From: Calcarisporiella thermophila CBS 279.70
Taxonomy: Eukaryota > Fungi > Calcarisporiellomycota
Assembly (NCBI RefSeq): GCF_041956535.1
Contig: NW_027192197.1
Span: forward strand, 1,157,673-1,221,672
Length of the DNA: 64,000 nt
Direction of reading: 5' to 3'
The position numbers and the translations under genes were made by a program. Shown here piece after piece: positions 24,686 to 37,503 of the stretch (position 1 is the first letter of the stretch; every line of letters starts with the position of its first letter). Under the pieces are notes generated by a model. That model was not told the DNA's origin and made no database searches. It saw only the letters and a program-made list of their open reading frames with translations.

Positions 24686-27600
24686 TCACTGGCCCTCGAC
24701 AACTCCTGAGGCGGTGAAAGGCGTGAGCGCCTTCCTGGCACCCATGATCCGCTCCGCAAGTTTGCGCACATTCCGATCCACGCCAACCACTTGCCACGCA
24801 AAGTCCACTCCAAACACATTTCTAATCACATAGACTATCCTCTTAGCATACTTTTCCTTCATCCAATCATCGTCAAACTCCTCTTCTGGGGTGGTGAGGG
24901 CAGCGTCGAGAGGTAGGCAGCGATTTACAAGAGGCAAGAGCTGATTCACCAAACTTTCGTAGGACTCTTCGTCCTGCACGGGAGGGGGAAGCGTAATTTC
25001 GAAGGCCGGAGAACACGCCATGACGGTGTGGGTTCCGGAGTGATGGTAGCGGAACTCGTAGGTGCCAACCCGCCATGGGAGCTTTTCGCCTCGGAAAACA
25101 ATGCTTCCGCTCACGGTCTCGCCTCCTTGCAGGACCTCATAGGAGACCTCGTTGGTCTCTGCTTCGCTGGCAGGGTCTTCCTCGGCCATCCCTGGCACAA
25201 CCCAGCTCCACTGTCCCTTGGAGCTGACGGACGTGATGGTCGGAAGTCGGTTATCCGTTAATTTGTAAAGGCCAATCCAATCTTTTTTCGCATGGTTGGC
25301 CGGCGCTGTCCATTCAATGGTGATTTGCTCCCCGTACTCAAACCGAGTTCTCTTTGGCAGCCTAAGTGTGTATTTGGTTAAGTCATACTGGTCGATATCC
25401 TGTGCAATCACCGGGATCAGAATCCGGGTTCGGGATGCCTCGATGAGCGAACGTGTCTCCTCCACCATTTCTTTCAGGGTAGGCTTTGCAGCCTCTACTA
25501 GTTCTCCGATGGTATCAGCCGTCTCCTCCACCACTCGCTCCACTTTATCCACCACCTCCTTCACAAGCATCTCGGCCATCCGTGTACTCTGCAGGGCAAG
25601 TTGGATCTCTGGGATTCTTTTGGAGACGTCCGCCTGTAGGAGTTTATCAAGTGGAGGCAGCGTGGCGTTTTTGATCGTGCGGGTAAGACCAGCTTCTTTG
25701 CGAAGTTGAGCACCGTAAAGCTTTTGCATGTGAGGGCTAAAGTAACCGAAAGAACGGCGTTATGGTCTCTGAATGACTAAATAACTTAAACACATCAAAA
25801 AAAAAACAACTTACTATTCAACATAATTCAAAAACAAAAAGTTGGACACCTGTGAGAAGAGTGCAAGGCCAAAGATGACTGGGTGATTGGCGATGAGGGT
25901 CATTCCCCAGAAAGCAGCATGGCCCATGATCTTTTCGGGATTGTTTAGATATCTGAAGAGATGCGCAGAGGGAGAAAATTGGTTAAGAGTGGGGAGGAGG
26001 AAAAATAGCGAGGCATATAACGCCTGACTGACCTGTATATCCCATTATAAATCAGGTGGGGTGGATGCTCGTCGATAAAGAAGTCGCCGTAGAACCAGCC
26101 GTAATCGCCAAGAGTTTCGAAGATACTCATGCTCGTCCAAACGTGTAAAACGACCAGCAGCTATAGATAGCAATCAATGAAGCGTGTTTCAGGAGCCAAG
26201 AAGACCATAGAGTTGATTTATTACCACTCCCATTGTATGACGAAGAAGGGTGGTCCCATAGGTCCAATCATCCGGTAATGTGTAGAAGCTGAAGCATGCA
26301 ACTATGAAGCTCACGTAGGTCATACAGTTTGACAAATTATAAATCCTAACACATCACATAGCCCGAGAGTCAGTCAGTCTCTGATCAAGCCCTCCTCCAA
26401 ACAAACCACACACTTACACCTTCCAATTCTGGAACGCGTCCTGGGGAGTAAAGCCATACTTGATGTAATGCTTGGTAAAATGCTTACTCCGACTCTGTAC
26501 GAGTAGCACAGCTCCAAGGATATAGGAATGGAAAATCCGCCAAAACAGAGCCTGCCCGATCACAAATAGCCAGGCTTGGCTGCCACGCATTAAAAATAAC
26601 GGTATCACGGTTGAGTAGAAGATGATCATGGCAACGAAGAGATCTGTGGAACGCCACCAGTCGAAATTTTTAAATACAATTAGATCACGTCGGAAATAGG
26701 TGTGGTAAATGTCGCGGTTCGGACTAGTGCCATGAGCATCTTCGTGCTGGTTATCCTGATAGGTAGCATCATTAGTCTTATTTTTGCATTTGTCCTTGGA
26801 GGAAACTGGCTTGCTATTGTAAGTCTTTTCGATGTCTACAATAATTGATGGAGTGTTAGTATTTCTTGGTTGCAAATTGGTAATAGCGGTTCCTCCTCTT
26901 ACGCGGATTCTCAACATAGGTCAAGAAAACAAATTGTGCCACGTGCGCAATCAGACTCACATACAGCACCGTATAACTATGCGTGATAAGCGACACCCCA
27001 TAGTATCCTGCATATCCAACAGAGTACATCGGATGCGGTGCCATTTCAAATACCCCGTCGAAGGTTAGCGATTGCTCGATAAGGAAGAAAAAGTCTCCCC
27101 AGTCTGCATATACAAGCCGAGGTAAATGGTGAGAAGAGAAAAGCGAAAACGAAAAAGAATAGCGATACATTACACCAAGCAAAGTCTTTGACTACACGAT
27201 GAGCATCCAATTTCACCCACACGTTGAACAGCACTAGCACAAGCCCGCCAATCCAACGCAGCGCCAGACGAAGCCAATTTTCATCCGCAGGCGAATGCAG
27301 CCATGCGATTGCGAAGCAGACGTAGGCAGTGAAGTCATTGAGGAGGATGAGGTCAACAAGCTCGCGGAAAAGAAGCCAGGTATTGAACTCGACAGGCACC
27401 TCCTAAGAGTAAGAAAGACGGGTTTGGTGTTGAATACTAGTCTTTGGCATATAGATCGGATATTCGATGGGCACGCAAATTCAAATCATTATTACCTCAA
27501 ATTTGTAATCTTTACCCATTTTGGCGATCAATTCTCTTCTAACCCACTCCTTCTCCAACAATCCCCACCTTTTCACAACCCTCACCAACAAGTTTCTCTC

Positions 27601-28068
27601 ACTTTGTCTCTTCAAAAGATAGCCTAGTCCTCCATTATATGCCGCGCGCCACAAAAGAAACACGGTAAGGAAGAAATATTGCCGCAGGGTCGAAGGAAGA
27701 ATGAGGAAGAACATGATCTGGGTGACCATGACGCCGAGAATTAAGAAGTCGAAAAATGACTTCTTGGAAGAGAGGGAGAAGAGCGATCGGAGCATATCGT
27801 GGGTCTCTGGCACTCTAAACACTGTTCAGGAAAAGTGAATAAAACGTGCTCAGGAGTGAGAATGGAGGCTCTCATGCTAAACATGACACCTAGCCATCGT
27901 ACCTTTGCCATCGGACGTTTTTCCAAAGGTAACATTATTTTCAGTGACCCTCTTCAGTACCTGGGCATCTATCATATCTCTCTCGTTTTCTACCAAAATC
28001 TCGCCATTTCCGGCCTCGTTGGCTTTTAAGACCTGGTCCCCATGTCGATGACGAAGCTCGTTCGCCAT
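24686..28068 (-). CDS. CHO2: Phosphatidylethanolamine N-methyltransferase, multi-exon
   Basis: [66 protein letters not shown]-terminal Ig-like region KDWIGLY...YEFRYHH. Confidence 0.94.
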
Positions 28069-28600
28069 TTCTAGAGTTGACTTACTATAAATTTCGGGGT
28101 ATTGTCGACTGCTTCTGTTTATAAGAGCAGTATAAAGTTTGGATACTGCTACTTTTTTATTTTTGCAAATCTTCCACTTGTCCTCACGTGTAAGCGGTGT
28201 TCAATGAATTTTGAATGATTCCTCTCACGAATATTAGATCATAACTTAGATTATTGGAGGTAAAGAGAATAACATAAAACAGATAAAATGAATGGAGGAA
28301 GCCGGCCGAAAGCGGGAGAAATAAAAAAAAAATAAAGGCATGTAAAATAACGAAAGAATAAACAACAACAGATCGTAACATTACTATCGCTAAAGATATA
28401 TAAAAATAACAGTACTCAAGTACTCAGTAATACTATATATAATTTTTTTATACCTCCCCACTTGTAACCCTACATTGCGCAAATTTTTCCTTTGGCATTT
28501 TATTCTTCAAGAAAAAGAAAGAGAAAAAAAAGTAAAATACTGAGAACTCTCTATTGTCTATAGTCGTTAAAGAATCGGGGGATATCTTGAGGGGACCAGC

Positions 28601-30071
28601 TCAGACCATGCCGTTCATCCAACATGCGACCCAAACTGCAACAGCAGAGACAACGATTGTGATGGCAACTAGTGAGGGATATCCTTGTTTCTCTGGTGCA
28701 GGTTGATACTTGGGTAAATTGACATCGCACCACTTCTCAATCTATTACCAGATCAAGAGATCAATTAGTCTCAATCGCACGGCCTAGACCATCACATCCA
28801 GTAAGATTACCTGGCCACATGCAATGCTGATTTTCAAGAAATTTGGATCCCGGGTATCATTCTTTTTCGCAATCATCCTGGCATACCGCCGGAACACGTT
28901 CGCAACAGAGACGATATCGGTGCATTCGTAGATCAGCTGCACGGCTTCGCCCTTGCGAATCTTGACGTTACGCTTGAACACCTCGGGATTGCGCAATAGC
29001 AGGGCTAGGGTAGCGATAGCCATCACCTGGGGAATGGCACAAAAGTTGAAAACAGATTGATTCTTGAGCATGGAGAGATAGGTGAGGCAGTCGGGGACAT
29101 GGGCTAGAGCATTGGCACACATATGGGAAAGACATGCAAGTGCCTGGAAGGAAAATTTCATTAAAAGAAGTTACGAATGGGGCTCTTTCTAGTTCTCGGT
29201 TTTTGAGTGGAATATGCGACACTTACTGCATCCGTGTTTTTTGGATCTTTGAAGGCGGCAAAATCGTCCGCATATTGTGACCAGATGTCCTTGGGCCAGA
29301 ACTGGCGTTTGTCGATTAAATCCTCGAGATAGTCACGGATGATATTCGTTTTCTGGAGGAAATAACCCATGGTGATGGCAAGCTGTGATTCCTCCAAGAG
29401 CCGTTCATCTAACAAAAGAACAAAATGATAAGTGCCCTGCATGGACATATGCCCGAAACAACGTGAAATGCAATGTTACCTTCAAGTCCACTCTTCACGA
29501 ATAATTCATTAAGCCCTAGCCCAACCAGGCCAGCAACGTAGTAGCAGTACAGGTCGAAATCCTTCACAGTTGCAACGCTTGTCTCAATCCTGTGCTCGCC
29601 ATTCGCATACTTTGCCATACCCTCACCCATCTCCTTAGTAATTCTCGCAATCACGTCCTGCAGCGGTGGGCGTAGTGCTAGGAACTCGCTCACCACCACC
29701 TGAAATTCTACAAGAAGCTGTCTATCCTTTTCGTTCGGGCCGCTTTCGGTGAAGTTCCAGCCTTCCCGGCTGATGAGTTTGTGGAACTCTTGGAGAATTT
29801 CGGTTTTCCGTGAGAGCGGGAGCGTCATATCATCCTCGATGGTATCCAGCCCACGAAGCACAAGATAGAAAAGGCAAACTGGATCGCGCAAGTCCTCATC
29901 AAGCTCTTGGATGACGGCCGCAAATGAACGCGATGTTTGATTAAGGAATTCGTAGCAACGCTTCTTATTTCCGGAAAAATTGGGTAAGGGTCTGCGAGGG
30001 GAGAGCTTGTATTGGATGAGGGCGGCGATTTCAGAGGGATATCCCGCCGATTGTATAAGAGTACCCAGCAT
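28601..30071 (-). CDS. ERG9: Squalene synthase, multi-exon
   Basis: [55 protein letters not shown]; C-terminal transmembrane anchor in the last exon. Confidence 0.96.
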
Positions 30072-30403
30072 CGTATAGGATTATTTTATAAGAGATTAAA
30101 GATGAAGATAATAAGCGAGTATTAAGGAACAGAGCGGGAAAAAAGAAGTTTTGTTCACGAATAAACAATAGAACGGTCAATCTGCTGTTAAATTTTTCAC
30201 CAATTAGAAATCAAAGGCCTCCAAAGTCCCTTGCAGTCAATTTCGGAAGGAAAAAAAAAAAATAATAAAAAAAGCTCTCATAGAGGGGGTATAACTCGCC
30301 TTTTTCCAGCAAGAAATGTGTATAGAATATGCATTTATTAGAAAACGAAGATCGTTGCGTTGAGAGAAAAATAGAGGCTGAGCAAGGAAGAAACAGCATA
30401 AGC

Positions 30404-33400
30404 TCAAGTTTCTAGCCTTCGGCATACAGTGTCCACTAACTCCTTGGAATCTAACGAATATAGTTTGATTAAGCTCAATAATTCCTATCTCTCCTCCCCA
30501 AAAATCTAAATTTCCATGATCTCTCACCCTCCTCACGCACGTAAACAATCATATATGGGTTGGCGGTGGTGCCACTATCCGTAAATACCTCCTGCTCACT
30601 CACCTAAGAAAATCGTTGCGTACAGCCATCGTCAAGAGCCATCCACACACTAATTGGGCCGTGTTCGACTCGAAGCAAAAGAGAAAACAACATACCTCCG
30701 TTACCGAAGCATCGTCGTATTTCAACCAGCGATCCCGCTCAAAGTCATGAATGTATATCCAGTAGTGCCCAAACTCTACTCCGCCTATCAGCGAAATTCC
30801 ACCGATTAGCAGCTGACTAGCCATGCCAAAATTTCCCCATATAAGTACCTTGATGCATAAATACAGCATGTGCTCGGTATGCGTGCTCTCTCAAATCACT
30901 AAATTGTCCTTTTAATTTTGGAATAAGCTCTTCAATTCGCTTTTGCGCTTGAGTCAGCTTCTCTCGCGCCCGATTTTCCTCCTCCACTAGTCCATTTATA
31001 ACCTGCTCCACTTCAAGCCTTCGCGCGGTATCTGTATAGGTGGCGAGCTCTTCACGGAGAATGGCGATCGCTGCCGAAAGCATGTCAGGCACAGGCAGCG
31101 GATATGTCTACCATTGGACAAGAATGCAGGAGAGGAAATGGTTAATAAGCGGGAAACAGTAGATACGGGCGATGCCCTACCTTGTTTTTAGTGTACTCCC
31201 CGACTAGTTTTTGACAATGCTCCAGCTCCTGTCTCCATCCCAGGACCTCTCGATGGCGATCCGCAAGCCTGTCTCGGTTCTCTGCGAGGTATCGATCCAT
31301 GTAGACGACCTTATCAAATCGGAGAAACGCGTTCGACTTGTACGCATTGGACGTGGAGCGGTCGAATTGAACTCTCTGTATAAAGCATATGGGTGAGAGT
31401 CGTCGGCCTGCAAAAACGAAGCCGGCGCGTATTTACCTGTATCTGGATCTGCAATACAGGGGGCAGCTGGCTAATATAAACCTCACGGGTTGCCTCGGTC
31501 CCCTCGACCTCCACCTTTGCCGGCCCGAAATACGCGTCCAACCCGTCATACAAATCGTACCCCTCACGCGCATCCACAAATAGATGGATGAAGGCCTCCT
31601 CTTTTGCGCGACAAACGGGCTCCCCACTCTTGGTGTCGATGTAGGACAAGAGCTGCTTGGTTTTGCCGAAGAAAAGCTCGCGTACAATATTTTGTCGTTC
31701 GCCATCGGCCCCTGCGGAGGTCGGTTTCAACGCAGCCTCTATGAGGCACATGACATTATCCATACACTCGGTGACATCCTGTTGTACACCAAAGGTCATG
31801 TCAGTGTGATGGGTTGGGATTGATGTAGACATATTTGATGCTGCTGCGGTGGTTGCGGTGTTGGTAACCGTCGCAGCCTTATCCGACGATGATGCCGGAG
31901 CGGAATAGCCCAAGAGTGGAGCAAGATCACTCGCTTCCCAAGCCTCTCCGGTCGACATCTTATCCTTGCTAGATATTACCAAGTCTCCCGTAGCGAAATC
32001 TTTGCCGGCGGCTTTTTGTGAACCCAATATCATCTCTTGGGGTAATGGTCGCTCTGGCCCCTTCATCCCAACTCCCTCCGTTTTATCCACCTCCATGACT
32101 TGTGCAGCCTCACTCTCCACTAAGTTGACATTGTCTTCACCCTTCATCTGCGATAGCTCATCTATGCAACCTCTACTTCCCTCCTCTCTTGAAATCGGCG
32201 GCTTTTCAAGGGCCATTCGCGCCAGCTCCAGGTTGGGGGTGACAGAGCGCTGCCTCGAATAGATCATGGTCACAAACAACTCGCTCAATAGCCCGACAAA
32301 TTTTTTGGCAAGTTTCACTTCTTGCCGCGATATTTCCCTTCCATAAATCTTTTTCCCGACCAAGGACTCCTCCTCCACGTGCTCATCCATGCGCATTACC
32401 GCCTCGCGAAACCCACGTATAGTGAAATAATATTGCAATAGCGAATTTAGATAACAAGTATTGCCCACATTTTCGAGACCAGCGGGGAGTTCGCCGCGAG
32501 AATGGTCAATCATCTCTATATCTCTGCCCAAATCACCACCAGCTCCTGCTTCAAATTCCTGCGACAGCTCTCCAAGATCAAGGAACCGCCATATCACTTG
32601 ACTACTACGCGCAGAGGCAATGATACGAAGCGCGTCCTTCAACTCTCCACCGATTTCCCAATTTGCCTAACAACAAGCAAACATCTCAGGTGAATAAGCT
32701 CGAAATCCAAACGAATATGCACGGACAAACCTTTTCCTTATAGGCCTGAACCACCTCCAAGTCCTCTGCTCCCGATTCCACCCCCAGGCGTTCATACGCT
32801 GATTTTATATCTGATCCGCTCACTATCCCCTGAGATTTTAGAATCGCCACCTCCTCTTGCAAGGTCATTGCTTGCCGTTCGTTTGCGATCTCAGTAAGCG
32901 CATCTAGATATTCGGGTGTCTTGCCGGGGACATGCTCAACCGCTTTGTGATAAGCCCATTTTATGAGATCGTCGGACATATCGCTCATCACTCCAAGTGA
33001 ATTCAAAGCCGCTTTGAGGCCAGAAGTGGGCACCGATGAAGAGGCGATCCAATGGCGAGCATAGGCGTTGACAACATGAGCATTTAATACAGGTTCCGCC
33101 TTCTGGAAAAGCTCGCGCCCTGCGGACACATTACCCATTTGCTCGCGCGCCACATGGAGTGCCAGAGACAGATCAAGATAACCACGCTTCATTATGGGTT
33201 CTCTATCGGGAAGCGACTTGGCGGGTGGAGAAATTGCACTCTCTCCAATTTCGTACCCAAGTGCCTCAAAGCATGCACGACTTCCCTCGTCCAGACCTAC
33301 TCGCTGCTTGAATGCGTTGCCTGTAATTGGGATGGCTCGATCGTCGCCTTCAAGTGCATTTCGTACATAGCGCGAGATTGTTTCAAGCGCTAGGTTGAGG

Positions 33401-34019
33401 GTTGTTTTCCTATCCACCCCACTATTTCCGCTTCCTACCCGCGTAGAGAATGAATCGACGGGTCTTGTCCGCTCCAGGGCCTGGAAAACAGAGAGTGGAA
33501 TTTGCGGTGCATGCACATCCACCTCCACTCGAAAGTAACACTCACAACAACGCCATACAGCTTTTTCGTTCTCCTGTCCCTGCGCTTGCGCCGGGTGAAA
33601 GTGGTGAATTTCCGACTCGGAAGAGCAACGACGCGTATCCATTTGAGAGTGGGTATTCACGTGAAACCATTGCCGACATGAACCGCAGATTACAATCAGC
33701 GTTTCACCGGAAGTTTCGCTCGCAGCGAGCAAAGTGTTTAAATATTCCGCGAGTTCCGGTGAAGGATAGAGGAATTCGTGGACATGTGGAACAGGCCCAA
33801 GCTTATGCACAGTGAGAAGGTGATTCACCCAGAAAGGTGTAGTGATTCCCTCTTCAGCATAAATGTAGCGGGTACTGCGTGGAGGAAGAATGGGAAGCTT
33901 TGGTGAGGATATCAATGAAGCCGACTTGCCACCGGGATATACTTCTTCTAATGAATATATTTATCAAGATATTTTACTAGATCTGGGACAAGAGAAAATA
34001 TACCTTGCGAGTGGACCAT
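30404..34019 (-). CDS. UBP2: Ubiquitin carboxyl-terminal hydrolase Ubp2-like, multi-exon
   Basis: Cys box GLENVGNTCYLNSLLQ, QQDVTEC, His box HAVFMHQG...FGHYWIYI...WLKYDD, NPYMIVY; N-terminal PUB-like and repeat regions. Confidence 0.9.
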
Positions 34020-35174
34020 CTTTTAAGTGCGTCTAAGCATTAGATCTCTATGGAGAGCGACGATTGTACATAAAATATGTGGTCAGTCAACCTAGTGTCG
34101 AATTGAATAATTAAGTCACGCGGTCACGAGTACATTTAATAAACCCGCCAATCTTTCGTCTAAGAATGCTGTATATGTATTTATAATGGCGAAGGAATAT
34201 ACAATAAGAAAGAGAAGATGATATAAAAGGGAGGAAAAAGAGTATAGAATGGATGCGATATAGGCTGTTGTAGAATGGAGGGAAATTGCAGAGGCCAAGG
34301 TCTAAAGTTAGTCGGCGATTGATTTATGGGTGGCTTTGTGCATGGTTCACCCTCTTTAAGGTACCGTGAAATCGTAAAATAAAGACAATAGCAACTTTTA
34401 TATTTCGAATATTTCGTTGTAGACAGTATGTAATAATTTTCATTTTGCTATTCCGATAACCTATCACTTGGCAACGCTGTTGCACGTTGTTAATAATAGC
34501 GCTGTTTTGAGGCGGTCAACTCTGTCTTTCTTACAAAAGAAAAAAAGGTTGTTTTCCGCGAAAGCTAATCGTTTTAGCCCCATTGTTTATCATTGTCAGC
34601 GACCATTTTACAAAATAACATAGTGGCCAATTGAGCAAGTAATAGCCAACTGCCATATATACACAACCTATAAATACAGAACACCCAAGCCGTTAGAGGT
34701 GAACTAAATATTACTTTCGCCCCTGCTCCGTGTATCAGTTAATGGAAAAATTTTGAACAAATAAAAAAATCTTTATTTTTTTTTTTTGTTATAAAGCTCC
34801 TACTTAGAATACTTCTGTTTCTTGGATATTTCAAAGGGAGGAAAAAAAGTAAAAGAGAGAGTACCTAGACTAAAGAGAAGGGAGAGCTAGAGAAAATAGG
34901 AAAATAAAAACAAAACAAGAGTCGTGAAAGCACGCACAAAGTCAAAAAAACTAATATAATACTATATAACCCACACACAATTGTATCAAAAAGTATAAAA
35001 AACTATCGAAGGTCTTTTTTTTGGGATTTTTTCGTAATACTTCTTAAATTTTGAACATAGAGAAAACATTACCACATATGGGTTCATTATAAAAAACTAA
35101 GTAAAGCGTGAAACGGAGAACCTCTCCCCCTCATAACGACAATAAAATCTCTGTCTGTGATCTCCATCATCCGA

Positions 35175-36155
35175 TCAATTCTCCTTCACCTCCGTCTGCT
35201 TGGCAGCCGGAGCGGGCTCGGGGACTGCAGCAGCAAGGATTCTGGCAGTCAAGGCGCGATGTGCCTCGCTAAGTTGCTCCTCAAGCTTCTTGACCCGCTC
35301 TGTGTGGTCTTTGTCACGCTGCTCCAGCGATCCTTTCTCACTCTCAAGCACGGCTACCTTTAGCTGCAGCTTGGAGTTTTCGCCCTCGAGGTCGGCGACG
35401 CGACGTTCCAGCTCCTCCATGCGAAGGAGCTTTTTGAGGCGCGAGCGACGGGCAGCGTCAGTATTCTTCTGTCGCTTCAGAGCAAGCTCCTCCTGGAAGG
35501 CGGGGTCGCTGGGATCGCGGGTTTCCTCGACGCGTGTGCGCTTGCGGCCACGGCGGCTGCCCGTGGTAGTGGGGACCGCAGCATTAGGGGTCGGGGGCAT
35601 AGGCATGAGGGGCGCCGGGGTCGAGGTGGTCGTGACACGTGGGGAAATGGATCGAAGAGGAGGCGTGGGCAACTGGGCGTATTTGCGGGGAGCCGTGCCT
35701 TGGGTCGCTGCTTGAGGAGACAGCTGCACGGTGGACCGTGCCGGGGATGTGGCCGGATTAGCCGGGATCGTAGACGGCTTGAAAAGGGCAGCGGCCAGAT
35801 CGGGGAAAGCAGCGATAGCGGCATCGAGCCAAGGGCTTCCGTCGACCGAGGCGGAGGGAGTCACAGGGGACGTGGCGGCCGATTCATCAAAGAGCTGTTT
35901 GGAGGAGGAATCCGGCGAGTCCGGGGCTTCCCTAACCGCGGGGGTGCCGATGTTGGGGGTGGGCGGGACAGAGGTGCCGGAGGCCTCAGGAGAGGAGAAG
36001 ATCTCAAGGTCCTTTTCGGAGATGATGCCGGCCTGGTGGAGGCCAGTCGCGAGCCACTCGTCGAACAGCGAAGAGTCGGGCGACTCAGCGCTGAAGAGCG
36101 GAGGGGGGCTGTCGGTAGGGGAGAGTTCTGCGTGTTTCACGCTAGCAGTGGCCAT
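35175..36155 (-). CDS. GCN4: GCN4/CpcA-type bZIP transcription factor (intronless)
   Basis: Basic region ALKRQKNTDAARRSRLKKL followed by a leucine zipper; acidic/aromatic N-terminal region (SLFDEW); uORFs in the leader. Confidence 0.88.
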   Translation of the reverse strand: MATASVKHAELSPTDSPPPLFSAESPDSSLFDEWLATGLHQAGIISEKDLEIFSSPEASGTSVPPTPNIGTPAVREAPDSPDSSSKQLFDESAATSPVTPSASVDGSPWLDAAIAAFPDLAAALFKPSTIPANPATSPARSTVQLSPQAATQGTAPRKYAQLPTPPLRSISPRVTTTSTPAPLMPMPPTPNAAVPTTTGSRRGRKRTRVEETRDPSDPAFQEELALKRQKNTDAARRSRLKKLLRMEELERRVADLEGENSKLQLKVAVLESEKGSLEQRDKDHTERVKKLEEQLSEAHRALTARILAAAVPEPAPAAKQTEVKEN

Positions 36156-36282
36156 AGTTGTGTTGGTAGTAATGGTAATATTCTTCCTTTGAGGAGGCTG
36201 CGATAGCTTAAACTTAATAATACTATAGTTCTTGTATGAGGGCAGTTTTCTGCGCTAAGTGAGTGCGAGACGACTTCTGATT

Positions 36283-36420
36283 TTAGTGCTGTTGGCTGGA
36301 GGAGAGAGAGTGAGACGTGCGTCGGGAGGCGTCCGTCGGTTGTTGCTGGGTGTTAGCGTTGGTGTGCTGGGTGGTTGCTGTGAAGCAAGGTGCTGATTTT
36401 TGAGGCGTTGTGTAGGCCAT
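36283..36420 (-). promoter_or_regulatory. uORF2 (45 aa) in the GCN4/cpcA leader
   Basis: CCACC-ATG-GCC context, reading MAYTTPQKSAP...SSSQQH*; ends 127 nt before the main ATG. Confidence 0.75.
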
Positions 36421-36503
36421 GGTGGACTACGTTGATTTTCTGGTTGGCAAGATTAAAAAAGGTTGAGTTGGGAAAGAGCCCTACAGACGGTGTCCGCGGG
36501 AAT

Positions 36504-36533
36504 TTAGCAGAGGAAGAGAGAAGAGCAAGACAT
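36504..36533 (-). promoter_or_regulatory. uORF1 (9 aa, MSCSSLFLC) in the GCN4/cpcA leader
   Basis: CACC-ATG-TCT...TAA. uORF1 and uORF2 carry the only two ATGs in the ~440 nt upstream of the main start. Confidence 0.72.
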
Positions 36534-37503
36534 GGTGAGATAAGATGCTCAAACCACTTATTGATGTGGCGAGTTAATAAGCTTGGAAACAATAAGAATT
36601 AATTAATGTTAATTAAGAGAATTCTAGCGTTTAGTTATCTTCCGGTTATCTTCTATCAGAGCCAGAAGAGAAGAGACTAAACGACAAGGGGTTTAATTAA
36701 TTAAAAAGTGGGCGCGAAAGCGAGCGAAGAGATGTGGAGGGGGTGGAGAAAAGAGCGTTTGCCAGCAATGACAAGAGAAAAGAAAACCAACCAAGGTGTT
36801 TGATGGAGAATAAAAAAAAAAGGAAGAGAAAAGATGCGATGGAAAAAATTTTTTGATTGATAAGACAAAGCGGGGGAGTCAAAACAAATGGCTAAGCCCC
36901 CGGTCCCCGTGATCATTCGACGGAGCTAGCATCCACGAGTAAGCGTACAAAGAGGAGTAAGTATTCGACAAGAATGATCCGGTACCCTAGAAAATGATGG
37001 TACAAAGCAGTAATATAAGGGAAAAAGTATCGGCTGCGAATTCTAGCACCTGCGAGTGGATCCGGCAAGGTTTTCATATGGAATCTAGATATATGAGCTT
37101 CCCGAAAATGCTCAACTCTCTCTATTCTCTCGGAGCTGACCGTCGCCCCCCTCTCCTCAACTCAATCGTGAGCCACCTACATGCTTACATGCATTGGGAA
37201 CTCAATCATCTTGGCGCATCTCAAAGTTATGGGTGTGGAAAGAATATATTATTATTATCATTGTAAGACTTCACGAAAATGATAAACATGGTCAGCTCAA
37301 CCGAAAATATTATAAGAGGAATGAGGTGGTATGTTCAACGAAGAGGCAATAGGGGTGCGGGGAACAAGGGAGACTTGCACAAAATATACAACAATATCAA
37401 AAAAAGTATAAAAGATAAAGGGAAAATTGTTTTTACAGCCCTTTCATTATGATACAATTAATCAACACTATTTACTTATGCATCAACAAAACAAAAATAA
37501 TGT

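Noticed and set aside
36255-36600. Long non-AUG N-terminal extension of CpcA bypassing uORF2, as described in filamentous ascomycetes
   Set aside because: An in-frame TAG at 36255-36257 closes the main frame downstream of uORF2.
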